DNA of 64,000 bases from Phaeosaccion multiseriatum. Taxonomy: Eukaryota; Protista; Ochrophyta, other classes. Under the pieces are notes generated by a model that was given only the letters and a program-made list of their open reading frames with translations, was not told where the DNA came from and made no database searches. The position numbers and the translations under genes are program-made. Shown one piece after another: positions 24,701 to 37,283 of the stretch; the stretch's first letter is position 1, and the number at the start of each line of letters is the position of its first letter. The stretch spans positions 1,054,001-1,118,000 of the forward strand of contig OZ218963.1 of the NCBI GenBank assembly GCA_965112735.1. Reading direction: 5' to 3'.

Positions 24701-26344
24701 CCTCTCCACTTGCGTCTGACTGACCTGATGCCTCCGTGGCAAGCGAAGATGTTGCCCAGGCCGGAGGAGACCAGCGCCGCGATGGGCATCGTCTGAAAGG
24801 CCAACATGAAGCGATAATAGACGGCCAGGCCGTACTTTGCCTTACACTCCTCCTTGAAGCCGAAGTGCCCGGACACTTGCGTGGCGAAGGAAGGCAATAC
24901 ACGGGTGTGGGGGAGGAGACGTCGGGGATGGGGTCAGCGTCAAACAGGGACACTTCCCTGTCCGCCTTCGTTCCGTTTCCCCCTGTTTCCCCCGCCTCAC
25001 CTGAGCTGCACTCGTGATTGCCCCTGATGAGGAACACCTGCTTGGGGTACTTGAGTTTGAGTGCGAGGAGGTGCAAGATGACCTCGCACGAGAAGGCTCC
25101 GCGGTCCACGTAGTCTCCCAGGAATAGCAGGTTTTGTGCCTTCGGGTGCCACTTCTTTAGAATGGACAGCATGTCAAAGTACTGTTGTGTACAGTTACCG
25201 GCAGTCACCAGATGATTCGAAGCAAGAAGAAGAAAGAAGGAAAGAGAACAGGAGGTGAGTGAGTCAACTAACTACCTTCCAGCATCTAGTCTCTCCAAGC
25301 AGGCGGACGAAGCCACCCGTGTACCTGGCCGTGCAGGTCTCCCACGCACAGGACGGGGGCGGGCACGTCGACGATGTTCTTCTCCTCCCGAAACACGTTT
25401 CTGCTCGCCTCGATGAGCGACACTGCTTCCCCCAGCGGCAGCCGCTTCTGCTCCCGGAAGAGGTCGGCGATGTCTTCTGGCTCATAGTTGCCTGTCTTGT
25501 GTTCCCTGCGTAGCTCCACCTGCAGGCGGCACCACAGCAGCGCGTTTGAGTGGAGAACAGCAACAGGAGGGGTCACGCGCCACTACATGCTGCAACATAC
25601 CTTGGCGCTCTGCAGAGACACCACGTGGCTGAGGTTTGCTCCCTGAAACTGGTTCACCATGGCCGACACAGACGCCACGCTCGCCCTCTTGGTGTGCAGC
25701 GGGCAGTAGCCCACCTTGTACAGGTCCTTCCCCTCGCAGCCCTCCACGCTGCACACCTACAAGTTCAGAGTGGAGGGCGGCGCGGTGGGTCTCAGTATTA
25801 CTTCGCCTATGCTTTGCTGACGGCAACCCCCCCCCCCTGCACCTACCCGTGCTGGAGGCAAGTTGCTGCTGCTGTCAAACTCGTCGCGCTCCTCATCCTC
25901 GCTCTGATCGGCACCATCATCAATGGAAGCTTTCCGCGTCGTCTGCAGGAAGGCCGCGAGGTTCGAGGAGGAGCTCGTCGAGGCGGTGGCATCCGCACCA
26001 CCGCGGTGACCCTTCCCTACGTCCTCCTCCTCCTCCTCGAGTCGCTGCTCTTCTTCGGCCGAGGAGGGCAGCAGCTCCGCCACCAAGACAAGATCTCTCT
26101 CCACGTCCCCTGTGGGCAAGCTGAACCACTCGAAGCAATTCTGGCAGTTCATCCCCGTCTCTTCCTCGCCCCCCTCCTCCTGGACTCGGGTCTCCACAAT
26201 ATCCAACAGACAGCCCGTGCAGAACACACCGCCCCGTTGCTCACACGCTCCGTTGTTGCAGTTCTGTCGTCGAGGGTAGCGCATCTTATCTTCGCCTTGA
26301 GCATACCCCTCATAGCACATCGCGCAGCTGCTGGACTCCTCCAT
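21418..26344 (-). CDS. Calcineurin A (PP2B)-like Ser/Thr phosphatase with N-terminal RING-like and C3H Zn fingers and C-terminal EF-hand pair (about 15 exons)
   Basis: PPP motifs [31 protein letters not shown]; PP2B-type [53 protein letters not shown]; autoinhibitory-like [15 protein letters not shown]; EF loops [12 protein letters not shown] and [12 protein letters not shown]. Exons join in frame via GT-AG. Confidence 0.85.
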
Positions 26345-26739
26345 TATGCTGCCGTTGCTGCTGTTTACTGATAGCCTTCTTCTTTTGCTGTCTCCAGCAG
26401 CTCTGCCGTTGGTCGAAGCAAAAGCAGAGAGAGTTGTGCCCCTATTCTCTTCCTTTGTTACGATCCTTCTGCACCTGATGAAAGCGACCTTGCACAACAC
26501 ACACCCTCTCCTCACACTCCCTCCCTCCTCTCTGCAAGTAAGGGAGAGCAGACACACATAAAGGGAGAAAGAGGACAAGGGGAATGTTTTGTTGGCTTAT
26601 TTTTCCTCCTCCTTTCAACTGCTTCTCTGACTACAAGTGTACAAGCGCTGGAAGAGTATGAGGAAGCTTGTCGGTCACAGGCTCGACTAAGTATCATCCT
26701 GCGCTTCGTGCGCTTGCACTCTCGAAAAAGCAGGGTGAG

Positions 26740-29700
26740 ATGCGATGCTTAAAGCGCCTCCTTTGGCCTGAGATCCTCGCCTGTCTCCCTGGCATACTTC
26801 AGCTTTGCTCACGTGCGGAGGCGGCTGCGTATCACCTGGACGACGAGATACTGGCTCTACAGCGCAAATACGCGGGTACTAGCGTCAGCGTTGACCCCAT
26901 TCTGGCAATGTCCGCAGCACTGACAGAGTTCCGGGAGGCGAGGGGCGATGCAGGCGACTGGGGAGATGGGCGAGACAGGAGCAGGGGGTGAGTGAGGGAC
27001 GGAGGGGGAGATGAGAGGAAGCGGCAGGGGAAAGGAAGACTCTATGTCTTACTTTCCTGTCCGTGTTGCTTTTGCTGCGGCTGCTGCTGTCTGTCTGCCT
27101 GCTGTCGAGCAGCGAGCACCACGCCACTCCTCCACCCGCGCCGGGAGCTGACGGCGGGCCTTTGCGGTGGGAATTCGCGGAGAACCTGCTGGGATACGCA
27201 GGTGAGGACGGTGTCATATAGCGGGGACCTCAGCGGCAGTGTCTGGCTTGTCGCTCGGGCGTAGCCACGCGGGCGTGTGTACTGTCATGTCTCCGAGGGT
27301 GATGCAGGAGTGACTCTTCTTGCTGACAAGAACACACCCCTTCTCAGGCAGAGCCAAGGGCTGAGACTGCCCTCCTCGCTTCGCCCACCCCCTGGCCCAC
27401 GTATGTCCTCCGTCCCCTTCTTCTCTCTTCGCGCGCGCAGGTCTGGCCAATCGACAGGAGGAGCAGCGTTGGGGCGCCTTGGGGAGGACGGAGGTAGACG
27501 TTCGCGTAGACATCGTATTCATCGGCTTCGACGAGAAAGAAGGCAATAGGTACGCGCACTGCCGCCTTAATCTGCCCTGATCGAGTCTGACAGTCCTTCT
27601 GTTGTGCCCCGTGCCCTGCCTATCGCGGTGTGGTATCTTTGGCCCTTCCCACGATCCATCCCACCTTTGCTCCTCCCGTCTCCCATGTGCCAGGCTGCAC
27701 GTCGACCACTCCAGCTTGGAGACGTGGTTCGAGCACCTGCCCTCTACTGTCAGGCACGTCAGCCTGGCGGGGAAGCACGCCCATGGGCACCCTGGCGCGC
27801 GTTCTTCCAGCCGCAGCAGCAGCAGCAGCAGCAGCGACAGTGGCGCCGACCACGAGCACGGTACAGACAGTGAGTCGAAGGGCCAAGCAAAGCTCAGGAG
27901 TGCGGTGTGCTTTGCCGCAACTCCGCCCTACTCGAGGCGTGAGAAGGTGTGCTTACTTACTTCATCGCTGCCTTGCCGATTTCTCTTTCTTGTTGTTACG
28001 CTCAGGATCCTCGGCCCACCTGTCCGAGGACGTGGCTTACAAGTACTCGTTCCACGTGGTGGAGGTAGGGCACCTCGTGCGGAAGGCCCTCGAGGCAGGC
28101 ATGAGGAGGTATCTCAGACAGGACCTCGCTTCCAATCGAACCGCAGAGGCGGCCGGGGCAGGAGCCCCCGGAGGAGGAGAAGGGCCCGTGTCCGGACCGG
28201 TGAGTTGTTGCCCTTGAAGCGCAGGGCTTGTTTCTTCTTGTTCTTCCAAGCAGCTTCCATTTCTCTGCCGGACTGTGTGTTTGATAACTCCTCAAACCTC
28301 CTCCGACTGCGGCGGCTTGCTTTGCCCAGAGCGATGATAGGCGACGAATGCCCTTCTTCTACATATCGTCGTGGCACATGGAGGCGCTGCTAGGGTCGTT
28401 GGTCGACGAGCTCCAAGTCATACACATTGAGGCGGCGCGAAATGCAAACGAGACACAGCGCGAAACACAGAGAGACCCCGGGGGTGTTCATCTTGGTGAG
28501 GACGTGACGCGCTTCACGGCCCGTCGTCTTCACCCTTCCCTTCCTTCCCCGAGCTGTTTCTGTCCTCCTCCTCCCCTCCCCCCACCCCGTCTCGGTAACC
28601 CCCTACCTCTGGCTTGATTCCCCCTCGCTCCGAGCAGGTGAGTCTGCCGGTCGCGCCCCTCCGGCCTACACGCTCTTCGTGCTCAACCCGAGGAGGGCCG
28701 AGGTCCTGTGGGCCGGGTCCGACGAGGCGTACGGCTACAGATGGGGTACGTTGCGGGGCATTCTGTGTGGGAGGCATGAAGGGCCGACCCTCTTCCGATG
28801 CGCAGTCGGCAGTCTGATGCTCTCCTATGGTGTGGCTGTGTCTCTCTCTCTGTGTGCTCTGTTCTGCTCGCCTGCAGGCTTTGGACTGGCCGACATGCTG
28901 GCCCTCGCTCAAGACGAGTCCCTGGCCAAGCTGGTGAGTGAGCAGCCCAGGCACAAGCAGCCCAGGCACAAGCAGCCCAGGCACAAGGTCCCTTCCCTGC
29001 GTCTTTCGCTTCGCTTGTTCGCCTCACTCTCCCCTCAAGTCTCCAAGCGCTCCACCCCCCCCCCCCAACCCCATCGGACCTTTGCAGAGCTCCGACGAGG
29101 GCAGGGATGGCATTCGATGGCGCTCCTTCACTGGGGGCAGCAAGAGCGTCAGCACTCCGCCCAGCAAGCGCCTGGACAGGGGAGCCCCCTTGGACACGAA
29201 GCAGGAGCCACAAGTGCGTAGTACGTAATAATTGTCTTGAGACAGACAGACATGACCAGCCAGTAAAGGAGAGCGTCACAGCTCCTTGCGCCACATCACG
29301 AGGAAGGAAGGAGGGAAGAGCTCACTCACTCAGCTGCCACTCTCCTCCCTCACCTTCCCACTCTGCTTGCCTTGCTCTGCTCTGCTTTGCTCTGCTACTG
29401 TTGCTGTGGCTGTGCTGTGGTCGCGTCTCAGCGGAGGCAGTTGGGCTGGACGGACGGGACTGACGTCAGCAACAGGTTGGGAGAGGGGGCGGGTGGAGCG
29501 CCCAAGCGGCTGTGTACAAAGCAATGCGGTGTTGATGTGTTGGCTGGGGTGGTGTGTGGTGGTGTGTGGTGTGGCGAGACGAAAAGACAACAAACAAGAT
29601 GTGCTTTATCTTTCTACCTCTCTTGGTCATCCCCTGAGCAACAACCACCAACCACTGAACAACAACCACCAACCACCAACCACTTGATTGATACAGGTGG

Positions 29701-32700
29701 GCTCAGAGGAAGCTTCGGGAACTTTTCCTCCAGGAACAGGACCATCTCAGCGTGGCCGAGGAAGCGGCAGGCTTGGTGGCCGATGGCGCCTCTGCCGCAG
29801 GGAGGAGCCTCAGAGCTGACCTGTCCACCGTCCGAGAACGGGCCAAGGAAGGAGCAGGAGGGGTAGGGACAGGAGCAGAGACCGGAGGACTGTCGAGAGA
29901 GATGTTCAGCTCCTGCCTGAGCGAGGGGTGGGTGGGCAGCGAGCGGTTTGGGTGGGTGGATGTCCAGGCAGGTGAGTGAGTCAGTCAGAGGAAAGAGAGG
30001 GCGAGCCACAGACACGACAACAAGAATGTAACGCACACTTTTTTCGGTGCCACTCTTGTGGTGGCAGGGCCGTTCGAGTGGGGATCCAGCGCTGGTGGGG
30101 CTGCCTTCAAGTCGTACAGCACCATACCCCGGGGGGACGCGGCCTCGACCGACAGAGTAGCGTCAGCACACCAACAACAACAACAAGGTCAACAAGAAAA
30201 AGGTCAGAACGGAGTGTGCTGGACTTCGCTCACGAGGCGAGCCAGCAGCACCGGCCTCAGCCCTTGCTCTGCCAACCTCCCCCCGTCTGCACCCCCTCCA
30301 ACACACCAGACGGGGATGTCCCCCGTCTCGACCTTCTTTCTCGCCTCGAGGCTCAGCTGCGGCATGCTCAGAGCGTGGTGTCCGGCAAGCTCGGCAGGCT
30401 GTCGCCCCTCGCCGCTCAAATGGGATGTGTCTCCGGTAGGTCCGACGCCCCCCGGGGAGGCATGCGCTTGCACTGCCCATATGCCTGTACACCCCCCCTC
30501 CTCCTCCTCTCTCACACACTCACACACCCACATGCGCACACACTCTCTCACACACTCACACACTCACACACTCACATACGCACACACTCACACACTCACA
30601 TACGCACACACTCTCTCACACACTCACACACTCACACACTCACATACGCACACACTCACACACTCACATACGCACACACTCTCTCACACACTCACACACT
30701 CACACACTCACACACTCACTCACTCACTCACTCACTCACTCACTCACTCACTCACTCACTCACTCACTCACTCACTCACACACTCACATACGCACACACA
30801 CCCCTGTGCGCGCCCTTGCACCCCCCCCCCCCCTTCTCTCCCCTCTCTGCACCGCACCGCTCGGGGGGGGGGGGCCCTTCCATCAGCCCCTTCAAAAGAG
30901 AGGAGCGAGGGAGCACCACCGCCGTCGTGTGCACTGCTCCTGTCGGAGATGTCCCTCTTGGAGGTCTTTAAAGCCTCCTCCTTGAACATTGGCAAGCAAG
31001 TGGACGGGCTGCTGCTGGGCAAGTCGGCGGCGGCGGACAGACACTTGCAGGGGGTGCTTACCGAGGACAGACACTTGCAGGGGGACAGACACTTGCAGGG
31101 GGACAGACACTTGCAGGGGGTGCTTACCGAGGTGCAAGGGGTGCATGCCCAGCTCTATGAGGTGGGCGCATATGAGTAGCTGCATGGGTGGGTGCGTCGG
31201 GGGGCACAAGTCCGGTCAGAAATCAACGAAAAACGAAACAGCTAGCTAACATTCACCTTACATGCTGTTGTTTGGTGCTTCGTTTCTTTTGCAGGAGCTG
31301 CTCTCATCCCTGGCCCCGATGTCACAGGACGACTTTGCCTTCTCGCCCCCGAGCCCCTCCACAACGGCCTCTTCACCCTCCGCCAAGGCCTTCTTCCTGG
31401 CCAAACTCGCCGGACTCGTCACGTCGCTCGCGCGGCACGTCATTACCCCCCCTACGTCTTTCCCCCTGCCCGTGTCGCCCAAGGCCAATGCCAGTACCAG
31501 TGCGAGTGCAAGTGCGGGTGCAGGTGTGGGTGTAGGGCAAGCAGTCGGGACCGCGGAGGAGGAGGAGGAGGAGGAGGAGGACATCATCTTCCCCAGCAAC
31601 CTGGTCGCCCCAGGGTGGCCCGTTGCCGCATGGGATCCTCCCCAGCCGTGAGTGTGCCCTTCCATCCGACCTCCCGAGGTTCCTGGCTCCAGGCCGAGTC
31701 ACTCCCGCCTCATTCTTGACCTCCTTCCTGCTGCTCCACCCCCCGCCTTCCCAACGCTGACCTTGCGCGCGCGCTGCTGCCCACCCCGGCGGCCTCACCC
31801 CGCCCACCCCCCGGCTCTCTGTGTATGTGGCTTTGTTCTCTGTGTATGTGGCTTTGTTCTCTGTGTATGTGGCTTTGTTCTCTGTGTATGTGGCTTTGTT
31901 CTCTGTGTATGTGGCTTTGTTCTCTGTGTATGTGGCTTTGTTCTCTGTATATGTGGCTTTGTTCTCTGTGTATGTGGCTTTGCTCTCTGTATATGTGGCA
32001 CAGCCCCCCTCAGGCCCCGGCCTCTGTGGGCCTGGCAGCGGCACTGTCCTTCAATGTGTTTTTAATCTCGGCGCAGCACGACTTCGACCCCCTCAGCGTG
32101 CAGGAGGGCGGCTTCGACATGCTTTCCTTCCAGCAGGTGGGTGGGTGGGTGCCCAGCAGGTGGGTGGGTGGGTGCCCAGCAGGTGGGTGGGTGCCCTGCC
32201 AGCAGGTGGGTGGGTGGGTGCCCTGCCCCTGCGTGCTCGCTTGGGGGCCCTCCACCACAGGACCCCGGCCCCTTTCTGCTGCTGCGGCTCATCACCATCT
32301 GCCCTCCCCCTCCCTCCCCCTCCCTCCTCCTCCTCCTCCTCCTCCTCCTCCTCCTCCTCCTCCTCCGCCATGCCGTGTCCAGGAAGTACTCTCTCTCCGC
32401 ATGCCGTCGCAAGACGCCACCTTTACAGTGCACGAGCTCAGCGTGGACTCTGACCCGTCCTTGGCCATGGCATTTGCCTCGTCGATGCATGTACGTGAAG
32501 CATGTACGTCTGTTCTTGTGGGCGCCCCACCCACCCCCACATGACCAAATATATGGTATTCTCCGAGCTTTCTCACATGCTTGGATGGACGCTGCCCCCC
32601 CCCCCCCCCCAACACCCTCCAACACCACACAGGAGAGCACTGTATCTGTCCCCTCTGCGCAGGGGCGGACCCGAGCGGCTCCGCGGCGGTGGCTGCGGTC

Positions 32701-34738
32701 CGCCAGCATGTACCGTCAGCTCGTTATCGTCGAGGAGAATGAGACTTCGAAGCACACGCATGCATCGCCTCGCCAAAGAAAAGGTGTGTGCGTGTGCGAG
32801 TGAGTGTGTGTGGTGTGTGTGTGTGAGTGTGTGTGTGAGTGTGTGTGCGAGTGAGTGTGTGTGTGAGTGTGTGTGTGAGTGTGTGTGTGTGCGTGTGTGT
32901 ATGTGTGTGGGTGGGTGTGGGCGTGCTTGTTCTCGGAACGGCGACACTCTACACCTCACAGCGACCCTCCCCCCCCGACATCTTTCGTCCCTTCTCTTCT
33001 CTTCTCTTCTCTTCTCTTCTCTTCTCCTCTGTTCATGTTCTCTCCCTCCTTGATGCGGCGCTGTTCGTGTAAGGAGCGCCCTACTCGCCGCCGCCCGCCA
33101 CTCAGCAAGTGAACATCTTCATCCTGTCCGTGGCGGGCCCGTCTCCCGTGTACGTGGATCAGTGGTGGCAAGCGAGGGCGCTGGGGAGGGACACCGTACT
33201 CGTGGTGCAGAGCGAGCCCACGCTGGCGGAGACGAGACTTGCTTGCGGTACGAGAGGCATACAGAGGCATACAGAGGCATACAGAGGCATACAGAGGCAT
33301 ACAGAGGCATACAGAGGCATACAGAGGCATACAGAGGCATATAGAGGCATATAGAGGCATACAGAGGCATACAGAGGCATACAGAGGCATACAGAGGCAT
33401 ACAGAGGTCCGCACTTTGCGTACTTACCTGCCCCTCACCTCTCACCCCACCCCTTTCGGCCCGGCACTCTTGTTGTTGTTGTTGCGGTCCCTCCAGGCGG
33501 CCGCGCTGTGTACATAAATCCCCGAAACCCCATCCGACAGGCGCTGGCGGCGGTGTCGATGGTGGTGGGCGGGCTGGTGCCGACTCACTTGGGCTACAGC
33601 GAGGCCAGGGATGCCCCAAGCAACGACTGGACCTGGTGAGATACGATGCGTCTGTCCGCTCTCGTGAATTCACCTCACTTCTGCACTGCGCCGACCCCTC
33701 CTTCCCTTTTTGTCGTGATGATAGCATGACCTCTCTTCCTGGTTCTTCCTTCCGTCCTTCATTCCTTCCTTCCTTTCGTCCTTCCTTCCTTCCTTCCTTC
33801 CTTCCTTCCTTCCTTCCTTCCTTCCTTCCTTCTTTCCTTCCTTCTTTCCTTCCTTCCTTCCTTCCTTCCTTCCTTCCTTCCTTCCTTCCTTCCTTCCTTC
33901 CTTCTCTTTTTCTCCCCCCCCCCTCCCCCGAGGGCAGGTGCATGAGCGAGAGCCCTCTGTCTCCTTTCATTCCCCACGCTCACTTCGGTCGGATGCAGAT
34001 GGACGCTCTCTATCGCACGCACGCCATGCGGGCACTCAGCGCCTCCGCACAGCTCGTCAAGGTGAGTTCGAGCTCAAGGTGAGCTCAGAGCTCAGCACCA
34101 CGAAGGAGGGAGGAGGGGTGCTGGGCCTTCCTTGCCTGGTCTGCACCCCTGTGGGCAATCAATCCGCCGTGCATCCATCGCCCATTCTTTTCATACACGT
34201 CACGTCGTCTCATCTCACCCCCTCCCCTCTGTAAACCCATATGGGCAGGCGGGCAGGACGGCCCTGCGCCAAAGCAGCGTGGGGATGCACAACAAACATC
34301 TAGAGCACGCTGTTCGGCCCCTACTCCGTCGCTTCGCGGCTCTTGAGAAGGAAGTGGTGAGTGAGTGAGTGAGTGAGTGAGAGAGATTGGCCTTTCTGTC
34401 CATCAGAGAGCAGCTCCCCGAGCGACTTGGCTCTTGGCAGACTCTCACCCTTGGCGCGGGCAACATGTCATGAGGCACAGGTGTTGCACATACACTTGTC
34501 TGTCTGCTCCAAAGATGTATATGCACGTTCTGTGAGATGTGTCCATCCTCCTCAAGCCCTCACGCCTTCGCCCCCACCCTTCTCTCCCCTGAATGGACAT
34601 GGTGTGTGTGTGCAGCACACCCGCACGGAGACCATCCTGGGTCTCATGGATCGGCTGGACTTGGCCGCGCTGGCGTATCAGCTCAACCCACTCGTCAATG
34701 AGTCCATCCAGCTACACCACGCGGTGAGCCAACAGATT

Positions 34739-34780
<42 letters not shown>

Positions 34781-35170
34781 CGGAGGAGGAGTGGGGAGCC
34801 TCCGAGACCCCCTGTGCTCTCCCTCCCTCCCTCCCCTCCCTCCATCCATCCCTCCCTCCACCTCCACCTCACCCTCTCCTCGACTCACTTGCTCGTTACT
34901 CAGGCCTTGGAAATGGCCGATGTGGTAAGTTCGACAGCATGCCAGGACAGCGCATGGAAGTTCAGTCCTGGGCAAGGGCAAGGGGGGGCTGGTGCTGGTG
35001 CTGGTGCTGGGGAGGGGGAGGGTCGTGCAGGAGAGCAGCACCCCTATTGGGTGTGGGCGGAGCTTCTCGTGGCACTGAGCTCTGCGGTGGTCGGCGCTGG
35101 GCTCTTGCGGTGGTCAGTGCTTCACAGCAATGATATCAGGACTCACACCAGCCGTCCGCGAGTAAACTGA
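26740..35170 (+). CDS. Type I membrane protein of the plant KNS3/SPOT1 (At5g58100/At4g16180) family; about 20 exons
   Basis: Signal peptide; motifs VDIVFIGFDEKEGN, LETWFEHL, YTLFVLNP..YGYRWG, GWVGSERFGWVDVQAGPFEWG, FLAKLAGLVTSLARHVITP, HELSVDSDPSLAMAF, IFILSVAGPSPVYVDQWWQARALG..VLVVQS; C-terminal TM and tail RPRVN*. Family recognised from recalled motifs. Confidence 0.75.
30511..30800 (+). repeat. Intronic (CA)n/(CACT)n compound microsatellite
   Basis: Direct reading of the sequence. Confidence 0.9.
31815..31998 (+). repeat. 21-bp intronic minisatellite CTCTGTGTATGTGGCTTTGTT, about 8.7 copies
   Basis: Near-perfect tandem copies ending just before an acceptor (GGCACAG). Confidence 0.95.
32131..32228 (+). 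repeat. 23-bp tandem repeat of an exon/intron junction (CAGCAG|GTGGGTGGG...) x4
   Basis: Donor GT at 32137, 32160, 32183 and 32206. Confidence 0.9.
33253..33406 (+). repeat. 10-bp minisatellite AGAGGCATAC, about 15 copies (intronic)
   Basis: Direct reading of the sequence. Confidence 0.95.
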
Positions 35171-35807
35171 TGGGAGGTGGAGAGGAGTAAGTTGTTTATT
35201 TCTCACTCCGAGCAGGCTACGCTCAGAGGTGGTATGGGTTAATCACCGCTTATCCTGGGGGTGGGCCAAGGCGATTTTGACAGGGGTGAGGGGGTGAGGG
35301 GGGTGAGGGGGAGAGGGCCCCAACGCTTCAACGGCCACAGCAAAATCCTCTGTATCAAGTCGTTGATGGGTGGCCGGCCTGGCCTGGCTTTGGGTCAGCT
35401 GGCACCCACGACTGACCCAATCTTTTTTGTTATGTGAGCCGACAGCAGCTACCCATTCGTAGTGAGCACGTAGCAAGGAAAGGCCGGCGGATGGCGTTGT
35501 CTGCACCACTGCACAATGCAGGCAGAGGGCTCAAGCAGCGAGCGAGCGGCTGTGTCTCGCAGCAGCGTTCTGCCGGATACCCCATGAGGGGAGAAGAGAG
35601 AGAGAGATGCTCTCACTTCCGCTGTGCAGCTTCGGTCACCTTTGGCCACCCACCCGTCTCCGAGGGAGGACTCTGTGTGTCATGGAGACCCTGCACACAT
35701 GGCCATGCGATTGGGTCCCCCCCCCGCTGGGCAAGGAGGAAGGACCCAATCGCCGCATCCAAAGCCAGAGCTGCGCTTCCCTCCCTTTCACAGCCGTTTC
35801 GGCGCTC

Positions 35808-37283
35808 TCAGCCTGTTTGGCCTCGCAGGGCGGCAGTGGCATGTTCCCGAAGTCGATGTCTAAGCACGGCGTGGACCTGCGGCGGGGCAGAGGCAGCAGC
35901 AGGGGCGGGGCAACGTTGGGGAGGACAGGGGAAATAGACAGGAGGACAGTCAGCCAGCCGCAGAGCTTCCTTCATTGAGGCCTTGGGGAGGACGGAAGGA
36001 GGAGGATCCGTGGTGCCCATTTGCCTAATTGAATACAACGTTGAGTGCAGCCCTTCCCCTGTTCCTGCCCACCTGCTGACAAGCCCTCATCGCACAGCGC
36101 AACACGTCTTCGAAGATGTCCACCGGCAGCCTCGCCTCCATCCGTGCCAGGAGCAGCTCTTCGCCGCTGGGCAGGATGGCCACGGGCATCTGCGGGCCGC
36201 TGAAGGACTGCTCTACATAGTTGAGGTCCATGATGGAGCACCCGTCTACGTAACCGGCGCTGCAGGACACAACCATGTCCTGAGAGAGAGAGACGAGGGA
36301 GGAGAGAGAGAGAGAGAGAGAGGGAGGCAGAGGGAGAGAGGGAGAGAAAGCGAGAGGCGCGTAGACCGAGAGGGATATGAGCAAGCTTGAGCCAGGAGGT
36401 CCTGAGAGAGAATGTCACCCGTACACGGCTGCTCACAAATGTTGCGCAGCAGGGAGGCAGGACTGTGCTTGTCACCCTCCTCTTCCCCAAGTCACTTCAG
36501 AGCTGCAACCATAGAAGCCGCTGCACACACACCTTCATCGCAATACCAGCGTCCATGACAGCCAACGAGGTGGCGTTGATGCAGGCGGGCAGGGTGCCCC
36601 CGTCGGTCTGGATGACGTGAATGTAAATATCGATCTGCGTCCTCGGGTAGAGGTGAGCCATGATCGCTCCTTCAAACACGTCCTTGACAGAGAGCGCCAT
36701 TTCCACGCTCTTTCTGTCAGACTGTAGCCAAGTGACGCAGCAACAGGGAGAAAGCGGTGGTAAATTGTCTACCACAACGATCTCATGTTTTGGGGCGAGA
36801 AGCGAACACCGACCACCTTCGCTTCCTTCACAGTCTTTCTCTCCCTCTCTACCCGCCAAAACTTGATCCATCCTCTCTTTCCCCCTCCTGCTCTGACCTT
36901 CCTGCGCTTCTTTCTCTCGCTGCCGCTAAATGGAGCATGATTGAACTCGCACTTGATGATTGCCCCATGCGCTGCATCCTGCCTCTTGTTTACCTCATGG
37001 GGGCCTTTAACAATGGCCACCACCTGCGTGCGACATCCCAAGGGAGCATGAAAATGGAATCAGGGGGACGTGGGCACGAGACAAGAAGCGCGGGGCGCGA
37101 TCTACAGAAGAAAAAGAGGATCAATCTCAAGTCTCCACTCTCTACCTTTGTTTGCCCCATCTCAATGTATGCACTTCCATCTGCACTTGCAAGCACACCG
37201 AACCGACACCGCAGTCTTCGAATCTCATCCTTCCTCCGTCCATCCGGCCGCAGCCCGGCCAAACTCAGCAAGTCTTCGTGCAT
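35808..37283 (-). CDS. RRP41: Exosome complex component RRP41 (RNase PH-like), 5 exons
   Basis: GLRPDGRRKDEIR, ADGSAYIEMGQTKV, KGPHEV, APFSGSERK, YPRTQIDIYIHVIQTDGG..ACINATSLAVMDAGIAMKD, DLNYVE; last exon VHAVLRHRLREH...QTG*. Confidence 0.93.
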
